32,000 bases of DNA from NCBI GenBank assembly GCA_028279805.1, contig JANQMZ010000007.1:240001-272000 (forward strand), in the 5' to 3' direction. The notes under the pieces were generated by a model, which was not told the origin of the DNA, searched no databases, and worked only from the letters and a program-made list of their open reading frames with translations. Position 1 is the stretch's first letter, and every line of letters starts with the position of its first letter. Positions 7,529 to 13,699 of this stretch are shown piece after piece. Both the position numbers and the translations under genes were made by a program. This DNA comes from an archaeon. GTDB taxonomy: Archaea; Iainarchaeota; Iainarchaeia; Iainarchaeales; JANQMZ01.

Positions 7529-9760
7529 TTAAGTGCAAGGAGCTGCAGCAGAATCATCAGCTGCTGTTGTATCTTCCGCAATGTAAAAAGTTACATTTAC
7601 ATCCAAAGATGTTGTATCCGGTTCATCATCCGGAACAAGAATTGCAATTCCAACATTAATTTTATCATTAGTTGAATCAAGCTGTTCACAAATCTGGCCT
7701 GAATTTCTGCCCAGACCAACAATGTTAAAATCAGTCCAGCCTGTCTGAGCAAAACCACCTTCACAGGAACTAGCCACATTGTTATCTGAAATAAACCTGA
7801 AATAATTCCTGTCAGAACCTCCGCTTGTACCATTCCAGGATAATTGTTGTGCACAAGTGCTGACATCAATATCAACATTTCCGGTATTGGTAATCAAAAA
7901 AGGAGTGTCACTATCTCCATTTTCATCAGAAGCACCGTTGTTTAAAGTAAAAGTCATGGGGCTGTTTGTAACATCAATTGTAACAGTTGAAGCAACTGCC
8001 TGGGTTGTAATTGTTCTGTCAGTTCCCAAGGACGTGTTAGCATCAGCTTTTGTTCCGTTTCCAGAAAATCTTAACTCATAAGCTTGAGCTGTTGTAGTGC
8101 TGTTCACATCCCATTTAGGAGTATAACTTTGATTATAAGCCAAATGGGTTGACTGAGGATTTGCGCCTGAAGTAATATACAAAGGGCTTGTGTTAACGGT
8201 ATTCATGTCCCAAAAGTCTGTACATCCCGCGCCAACACAATACTGTAAAGTTGTGTCAACAACTCCACAATTAGCATCATTGCATGTTACTGTTCCTTCA
8301 ACCAAAAATTCTTCACTCACATTAATTGTAGTGTTCGCATCAGACGGAGGAGAAGTAATATTAAAACTTAAATTTCCATCCTTTTCAGTGTAAGAAACAT
8401 TAATGTCAATATTATCCCAAAATGACCTTAAGCCTGTTGGAAAAGAAGTTGGATTTGCAACAGCATAAACACCAAAATCAACATGGTTAATGTCAGCAGA
8501 TGTCCAGGTTGTTCCCCACAAATCATTTGTTGCCCCAACAGTTTCACGAATCGGAGTTGTGCTTGCAATACTTGCAGTTGACTTTGTATCACCGGTTGCT
8601 GTTCCCGCTTTAACCAGCTGCAAATCTGTTTGCCAAGTGTTTCCTGTCTGAGTATGCCTTTCAACTCTAACTTCAATTCCGTTAATTTGAGCTCCTACAG
8701 GAACATCAAAATCAAAATCATCATAAGTTGCTTCTCCTGCAATAGCAACATACCTGTTGGTTGTATTAACATCATCAGAAGTCCACGCATTGTTTGGGTT
8801 ATCAACACCGTCGCTTGAAGCTGTTGCAGTCGGATCCTTAAAGCTTCCCGGTTCAGACAATGTTAAAGTTCTGTCTGTTCCCGAAGAATTTCCGGTATTT
8901 GCCTTTGTTCCGCTTGCCTGTACCCTTAATTCATATGATTGGGCAGTAAAACTTGATTCAACAACCCAGCTTTGAGTAAAACTTTGATTATAACCCAAAT
9001 GCTGGCTCTGAGGATTGTTACCAGAGGATAAAAACAAAGGAGCCGAAGCATCAGAATTCATATCCCAAAAATCAGTGCAACCAGAACCGACACAGTATTG
9101 TAAATTTGCATCAACAACTCCACAATTAGCATCATCACACGTTACTGACCCTTCAACCAAAAACAAGCTGTTTGTATCAATTGTTGTATTGGCATCAGCT
9201 GACGGAGTAGTAATGCTTGCAGTAAAATTCCCATCATTCTCAGTATAAGAAACACTAATATCAACATCATCCCAGTTCGCAGGATCTCCACTAATAGGAG
9301 CAGTTCTTACTAAACCAACACCAAAGTCTGCGCTGTTAATATCTGCAACGGTTAAAGTTGTTCCCCACATATCCGTGGTTGACCCGGCTGTCTGAGTCAC
9401 ATCACTGGTAGAATTAGTTTGAAAGGAACTGGAATCTGTGTTTCCAATAAGTCCTGTGCTATCTCTTAACTGTGCAGTAGTGGTTATGGTTGAAAACCCT
9501 GTAACTTTCCATTCAAGCCTAACCCTGATTCCGTTAATTGTTGCACCAATTGGAATATCAAAACCGAAAGTGTCATAATGACCGGTTTGACCCAAACCAC
9601 AAGTTGTTCTTGAATCATCGGAAGCCCAGGCATTATCAGGACTGGAACAAGTTCCCGAATGAGTTGCTGTCGGATCAGTAAAAGCTGTGTCAGTTGCAAA
9701 AACAAGCAATGCTGAAAATATTAATAAGAATAAAACCATTAACCCCGAAGCATTTTTCAT
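7529..9760 (-). CDS. Large secreted surface protein (adhesin or S-layer-like), internally duplicated, Thr/Ser/Asn/Asp-rich
   Basis: 743-aa ORF with a signal peptide (LMVLFLLIFSALLVFA), two repeats of about 281 aa, roughly 17 N-x-S/T sequons, few Lys and no C-terminal TM. GC looks higher than in the flanks. Confidence 0.7.
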   Translation of the reverse strand: MKNASGLMVLFLLIFSALLVFATDTAFTDPTATHSGTCSSPDNAWASDDSRTTCGLGQTGHYDTFGFDIPIGATINGIRVRLEWKVTGFSTITTTAQLRDSTGLIGNTDSSSFQTNSTSDVTQTAGSTTDMWGTTLTVADINSADFGVGLVRTAPISGDPANWDDVDISVSYTENDGNFTASITTPSADANTTIDTNSLFLVEGSVTCDDANCGVVDANLQYCVGSGCTDFWDMNSDASAPLFLSSGNNPQSQHLGYNQSFTQSWVVESSFTAQSYELRVQASGTKANTGNSSGTDRTLTLSEPGSFKDPTATASSDGVDNPNNAWTSDDVNTTNRYVAIAGEATYDDFDFDVPVGAQINGIEVRVERHTQTGNTWQTDLQLVKAGTATGDTKSTASIASTTPIRETVGATNDLWGTTWTSADINHVDFGVYAVANPTSFPTGLRSFWDNIDINVSYTEKDGNLSFNITSPPSDANTTINVSEEFLVEGTVTCNDANCGVVDTTLQYCVGAGCTDFWDMNTVNTSPLYITSGANPQSTHLAYNQSYTPKWDVNSTTTAQAYELRFSGNGTKADANTSLGTDRTITTQAVASTVTIDVTNSPMTFTLNNGASDENGDSDTPFLITNTGNVDIDVSTCAQQLSWNGTSGGSDRNYFRFISDNNVASSCEGGFAQTGWTDFNIVGLGRNSGQICEQLDSTNDKINVGIAILVPDDEPDTTSLDVNVTFYIAEDTTAADDSAAAPCT
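8000..9682 (-). repeat. Tandem intragenic duplication (2 units of about 840 nt; aa 27-306 and 307-587)
   Basis: Shared blocks at an offset of 280-285 aa: F(T/K)DPTAT, NAW(A/T)SDD, GA.INGI.VR.E, VSYTE.DGN, LVEG(S/T)VTC(D/N)DANCGVVD..LQYCVG.GCTDFWDMN, AQ.YELR. The antisense track ORFs 8190-8393 and 9015-9248 are also near-copies. Confidence 0.85.
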
Positions 9761-9801
9761 GTTATTAAATAGTTGTTTTAATTTTAAAAAAGAATGCTAT
9801 T

Positions 9802-10230
9802 TCAGTTTAACAGCTTTTCAAATGCTTTTAAAATGTTGTTGGCAACGCCTTTAATTTCATCTTTTGCATATTCAACATGCGTCCATTTTAATCCAACTTT
9901 GTCTTTTTTAAACCGTGGAATTATGTGCACATGCAAATGAAAAACTTCCTGTCCGGCGGCTTTACCGTTTGAAACATGAATATTATAGCCGTCAGCTTTT
10001 ACAGCATCAACAGTTGCTTTTGCAACTTTTTTTGAAGCTTTAAAAATTTTTTCAATCAAATCTGAGGGCAATTCGTTAAAATCTTTAAAATGCTGTTTTG
10101 GAACAATTAAAGTGTGGCCTTTGCTTGCAGGATTAATATCCAAAAAAGCCACAATGTCTTTGTTTTCAAAAACTTTTGTGGCAGGTAAATCATTTGCAAC
10201 AATTTTACAAAAAACACAGTCATTGCTCAT
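9802..10230 (-). CDS. HIT-family (histidine triad) nucleotide hydrolase/transferase
   Basis: Histidine triad HLHVHIIPR, plus N-terminal CVFCKI and KGHTLIVPK motifs. Confidence 0.88.
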   Translation of the reverse strand: MSNDCVFCKIVANDLPATKVFENKDIVAFLDINPASKGHTLIVPKQHFKDFNELPSDLIEKIFKASKKVAKATVDAVKADGYNIHVSNGKAAGQEVFHLHVHIIPRFKKDKVGLKWTHVEYAKDEIKGVANNILKAFEKLLN

Positions 10231-10261
10231 GCCAAAATTAAAACAGCAAATTGCTAAAAAA

Positions 10262-10786
10262 TTAACCTTTGGTTATTTCAACAATTTTCACTGAAAAAAT
10301 TAAAGTTTTTCCGGCTAAAAAATGATTAAAATCAACTTTAACAGTTTGATTGTCAACTTCAACAATTTTTCCCCTTTGACCATTTAAAACAAGTTCAGTT
10401 CCGATTTCCGGAACAATTCCCTGGTCTTCAAACTGGCTTAATGGAACTCCAACAATTAAAGAAGAATCAGTTTCACCATAACCGTCTTTCGGAGCAATAA
10501 CCAAATCTTTTTCCTCATCAAGCTTTAATCCAATAACACCATTATCAAAACCTTTAATCATTTGACCTGCTCCCGCCTTAAACTCTAAAGGGTCACGCCC
10601 TTCACTTGAATCAAAAACAGAACCGTCTTCCAGTTTTCCGGTATAATGAACTTTAATAGTGTCACCAGATTCAACAATTTTACTCATATCAACATCAACT
10701 CCTTTATCCGTTTCAACATTACCCTGATTTGAAGTGCATCCCAACACCAACAAAAACAATCCTAAAATTAAAACAATTTTTTTCAT
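10262..10786 (-). CDS. FKBP-type peptidyl-prolyl isomerase with IF (insert-in-flap) domain and a lipoprotein-type signal
   Basis: VHYTGKLEDGSVFDSS...EFKAGAGQMIKGFD and DFNHFLAGKTL flank an inserted domain. MKKIVLILGLFLLVLGC carries a lipobox (LGC). I prefer M23 (10786) as the start because the longer ORF runs toward the tRNA trailer. Confidence 0.8.
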   Translation of the reverse strand: MKKIVLILGLFLLVLGCTSNQGNVETDKGVDVDMSKIVESGDTIKVHYTGKLEDGSVFDSSEGRDPLEFKAGAGQMIKGFDNGVIGLKLDEEKDLVIAPKDGYGETDSSLIVGVPLSQFEDQGIVPEIGTELVLNGQRGKIVEVDNQTVKVDFNHFLAGKTLIFSVKIVEITKG

Positions 10787-10814
10787 AAAATGAAATAACT
10801 TACAAAACATTTTT

Positions 10815-10860
10815 AAGTCCCAGTGAAACTGGGACGTTCGCAGCCGGAACACCGGCTAAG
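10815..10860. repeat. 46-nt two-hairpin module, copy A (directly abuts the 3' end of tRNA-Ser-GGA)
   Basis: AAGTCCCAGTGAAACTGGGACGTTCGCAGCCGGAACACCGGCTAAG. Hairpins are GTCCCAG/CTGGGAC (10817-10835) and AGCCGG-AACA-CCGGCT (10842-10857). Confidence 0.7.
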
Positions 10861-10944
10861 CGCAGGGGACGAGATTTGAACTCGCGCGTTCCGAAGAACA
10901 CAAGCTTTCCAGGCTTGCGCGTTAAACCACTCCGCCACCCCTGC
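10861..10944 (-). tRNA. tRNA-Ser (anticodon GGA), class II with long variable arm
   Basis: 84-nt cloverleaf on the reverse strand: acceptor GCAGGGG/CCCCTGC, anticodon stem CAAGC/GCTTG, loop CTGGAAA, variable arm TGTTCTTCGGAACGC, T-arm GCGAG-TTCAAAT-CTCGT. No CCA is encoded. Confidence 0.92.
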
Positions 10945-11080
10945 AAACCGATTGCATAATTGATTTTATGTGCTATCTTTAAATAGCATCTGAAGCGTTC
11001 CGTCCGGACGCAACCGCGCTCTCAAGAGCGCAAGTGCTATCGCAGATAGCACGCGGATTGTCCCTACGCAATGGGACAAG
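10945..11080 (-). other. 136-nt structured spacer between the two tRNA-Ser genes (five hairpins)
   Basis: Stems: 10971-10988 (TGCTAT/ATAGCA), 10995-11011 (GCGTTC/GGACGC), 11016-11031 (GCGCTC/GAGCGC), 11034-11052 (GTGCTATC/GATAGCAC), 11058-11079 (TTGTCCC/GGGACAA). Confidence 0.55.
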
Positions 11081-11164
11081 CGCAGAGAGAGAGATTCGAA
11101 CTCCCGCGTTCCGAAGAACACCAGGTCTCAAGCCTGGCGCGTTAAACCACTCCGCCATCTCTGC
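11081..11164 (-). tRNA. tRNA-Ser (anticodon UGA), class II with long variable arm
   Basis: 84-nt cloverleaf: acceptor GCAGAGA/TCTCTGC, anticodon stem CCAGG/CCTGG, loop CTTGAGA, the same variable arm TGTTCTTCGGAACGC, T-arm GGGAG-TTCGAAT-CTCTC. Confidence 0.92.
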
Positions 11165-11275
11165 ATCGCCTGTGTTCAGGCGGCAAACTTGCTGCTTTCA
11201 GCAGCAAATCCGAAGCTTTGCTTCGGAAGTCCCAATGCAATTGGGACGTTCTCACGCGGAACACCGCGTAAATGG
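11165..11275 (-). other. Structured putative 5' leader of the tRNA-Ser operon (five hairpins, includes module copy B)
   Basis: Stems: 11167-11182 (CGCCTG-TGTT-CAGGCG), 11189-11207 (TTGCTGC/GCAGCAA), 11209-11227 (TCCGAAGC/GCTTCGGA), 11229-11247 (GTCCCAAT/ATTGGGAC), 11254-11269 (ACGCGG-AACA-CCGCGT). AT-rich TATA-like sequence lies just upstream on the minus strand (about 11300-11325). Confidence 0.5.
11227..11272. repeat. 46-nt two-hairpin module, copy B
   Basis: AAGTCCCAATGCAATTGGGACGTTCTCACGCGGAACACCGCGTAAA. It is collinear with copy A, and every stem difference is compensated on the partner strand. Confidence 0.7.
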
Positions 11276-11331
11276 ACAATTATTGCCCTAATGCTTACCA
11301 ATTAAAGAATTTAAGTGTTTTAAATACTTCT

Positions 11332-12444
11332 ATGAAAAAGGATTTTCTTGTTTTAGAGGATAAACTGGAGCGAATTACTGATGAACTGGATACTGATTTG
11401 TCAAAATATATTACTCCGGTTAATGCTATAAGTGAAGAGAAAAAGTTTTTTGAAGCATTGGAAAAAGGCGAGGAATATAATCCTGTTTTTGAATATTTGC
11501 CAAAAAACCCGCTTTATTCTCATTTGAAAATGAGCCCTGAATATAAGGAAAAATTAACAGAATTAACTTTGATTCAGACAGGGGAAAAAGGTGTGTCAAA
11601 ATTGTTAGGTAAAAAAAAACAGGATTTGATTAAAAAAATGGAATTTATCAGAATGATTGGAACTGAAAAGTTCGGGGAACAATCAGTCGAATTTTTTGGA
11701 AAGCCAAGCAAAAAACTTGTAAAAGATTCAATTAAAGAATTGAAAAAAAAAGTTAAACCGGATGAAAAAAACATTTCAGCTGAAAAAATGGTTTCAGAAT
11801 TAAAAAATTTTTTAAAAAAGAAAAAAATTAAGTTTAATGTTTTAATTGAGGAAAAAATGTCAGCAGATGCAGCTGTTTTAAATTCTGTTCACGAATTAAG
11901 AATCAGAAAAGATGCAATGTTTTCAGAATTGGATGTTAAAAGATTAGAAATTCATGAAATTGAAACACATATTTACAGGCATTTGAATGGTCACAGGCAA
12001 CCGTATAAACTTTTTTTAACAGGCACTGACAGAAACTGGTTGATTACAGAGGAAGGGTTGGCTGTTGCAAATGAAAAACTGTTTAATTGTTGCAGTTCTG
12101 CCAGGTTAAAAAAATATGCAGGCAGGGTTTTGTCCGTTCATAAAAGTCTGAATAATTCTTTTTATGATGTTTTTAAATATTTGGAAAAATTTTTTGAACC
12201 GGAACAGGCTTTTAGAATTGCTTTGCGTTCAAAAAGAGGAACTTGTATTACTGAAAATCCGGGAGGTTATACAAAAGATTATTTTTATTCAGAAGGAATT
12301 AAAAGAATTAATAAATTTTTAAAAAAAGGAAACATTGAAGACTTGTATTATGGTAAAATTTCAATTGAAGATATTAATGAATTTAAATCAATTCCCGAAC
12401 TTGTTAAACCAAAATATTTACCTGATTACAAAAAGGTTTTGTAA
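11332..12444 (+). CDS. DUF1704 / MATCAP-like metallocarboxypeptidase family (QEGLA-motif protein)
   Basis: HEIETH (HExxxH) at LEIHEIETHIYRH, followed by ITEEGLAVANE (a QEGLA-type motif); about 370 aa. I prefer the ATG at 11332 because the 11272 start lies inside the hairpin module. Confidence 0.65.
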   Translation: MKKDFLVLEDKLERITDELDTDLSKYITPVNAISEEKKFFEALEKGEEYNPVFEYLPKNPLYSHLKMSPEYKEKLTELTLIQTGEKGVSKLLGKKKQDLIKKMEFIRMIGTEKFGEQSVEFFGKPSKKLVKDSIKELKKKVKPDEKNISAEKMVSELKNFLKKKKIKFNVLIEEKMSADAAVLNSVHELRIRKDAMFSELDVKRLEIHEIETHIYRHLNGHRQPYKLFLTGTDRNWLITEEGLAVANEKLFNCCSSARLKKYAGRVLSVHKSLNNSFYDVFKYLEKFFEPEQAFRIALRSKRGTCITENPGGYTKDYFYSEGIKRINKFLKKGNIEDLYYGKISIEDINEFKSIPELVKPKYLPDYKKVL

Positions 12445-12590
12445 TAATGCGAACGAAGTAAGCAAGTGTCACTGAAAGTGGCACGCCGATTGCGCCTAGG
12501 CAATGGCGCTGGGACAGAAAGTAATAAATAATCCAAAATCCTACTTTTTCCGTAAGTTTTGCCTTACTTATAGCTGAAAAAGGGGATTTT

Positions 12591-13505
12591 ATGGCGGATA
12601 TAACTGGACAATTGCTTCAAACAGGAAGCGAGTTTTTAGACGCTTTAAACCCTTTATGGGTTATTATTGTTACTGTTATTGTTGCCAAGCTTTTTAATCT
12701 TCTGGCAAACAAGTTCATGGCAAGAGTTTCAAAAAATATTAAGGTTCATGAAACACAGTTTTTGCTTGCTATTCGATTTATTTCTGCTTTAATTTATTTT
12801 ACGGGTTTTATTGTTGCAGGTTCAATGATTCCTGAACTGCAGTCAGTGGCTGTTTCAATTTTTGCATCCGCAGGTATTCTTGCAATTGTTGTCGGTTTTG
12901 CTGCACAGCAAACTTTGTCTAATTTTATTTCCGGAATTTTTATAGGAATGTTTCAGCCTTTCAGGGTTGGGGACAGGATTACAATTGAAAAAGAATATGG
13001 CGTTGTTGAGGACATTACTTTAAGGCATACTGTTATCAGAACAAGGGATAATAGAAGAGTGGTTGTTCCAAATTCTCAGATTAATGACAGCATGATTATT
13101 AATTATACTATTAATGATGCAAAAATTTTACGGGAAGTTGATGTAACCATAAGTTATGATTCTGATATTGATTTTGCCAAAAAAATACTGGAAAAAGAAA
13201 TCAAAAAACTGCCTGATTTTCACGGAATAATTAAAAAATCTGAAATAATGGGAGAAAAAGATGTTTTAATCAGAGTTGTTGACCTGGGAGAATTCGGAAT
13301 AAAATTAAGATGTTATTTTTGGGCTCCCGACTGGGCTACTTCAAGAAGAATGAAACAAAAACTTCTTGAAAATGCTAAAAAAGCTTTTGACAGGGAAGGA
13401 GTTGAAATTCCTTATCCTTACAGAACAATTGTTTACAAAAAAGATTTAAAAAAAACAAGAAAAGCGCCGCAGAAAAAAAGAAAAACAAAATCTAAAAAAA
13501 ATTAG
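12591..13505 (+). CDS. mscS: Small-conductance mechanosensitive channel (MscS family)
   Basis: Three N-terminal TM helices, the pore-helix motif QQTLSNFISGIFIGMFQPFRVGDRI, and the beta-domain GVVEDITLRHTVIRTRDNRRVVVPNSQI. AGGGGA Shine-Dalgarno precedes the ATG. Confidence 0.85.
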   Translation: MADITGQLLQTGSEFLDALNPLWVIIVTVIVAKLFNLLANKFMARVSKNIKVHETQFLLAIRFISALIYFTGFIVAGSMIPELQSVAVSIFASAGILAIVVGFAAQQTLSNFISGIFIGMFQPFRVGDRITIEKEYGVVEDITLRHTVIRTRDNRRVVVPNSQINDSMIINYTINDAKILREVDVTISYDSDIDFAKKILEKEIKKLPDFHGIIKKSEIMGEKDVLIRVVDLGEFGIKLRCYFWAPDWATSRRMKQKLLENAKKAFDREGVEIPYPYRTIVYKKDLKKTRKAPQKKRKTKSKKN

Positions 13506-13699
13506 ATTGTTAATGGGGAAAAGCCAGGGAACCGACAAGCGGTATAGCTTCACCCCTTAACTCCCAACACACGTAGTAATAATTTTACGATTTGTTTAAA
13601 AACTTAATTCGCAAAAATGCTACATAAAATTTTATACATAATTTTTTTGTTTTTTTAACTTAACACTTGTTATTTAAGTTTTTCTTAAAAGAAATTAGT

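Noticed and set aside
7597-9705. Eight ORFs of 62-93 aa on both strands inside the surface-protein gene
   Set aside because: They are alternative-frame or antisense shadows of the 743-aa ORF. The similarity between 8190-8393 and 9015-9248 merely mirrors the intragenic duplication.
11221-11240. GGAAGTCCC, resembling the RNase P RNA CR-I motif (GGAAAGUCC)
   Set aside because: No matching P4 partner or other conserved RNase P regions were found. The motif is simply the 5' arm of a local hairpin that recurs at 10815, and tRNA genes on the opposite strand interrupt any long RNA.
11034-11291. 85-aa plus-strand ORF (MLSQIARGLSLRNG...)
   Set aside because: It runs antisense through tRNA-Ser(UGA) and the GC-rich hairpin leader. 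The Arg/Ala/Gly-rich translation is what GC-rich structured DNA yields. There is no Shine-Dalgarno site and no recognisable domain.
10800-11300. Integrated mobile element or att site at the tRNA-Ser genes
   Set aside because: There is no integrase, no duplicated tRNA 3' end and no cargo genes. The neighbouring genes are ordinary (FKBP, HIT, peptidase).
13506-13699. Possible purine riboswitch upstream of guaA
   Set aside because: The GC-rich element does not show the three-way junction or conserved loop sequences of the guanine/adenine riboswitch as I recall them. It is kept only as an unassigned structure in the findings.
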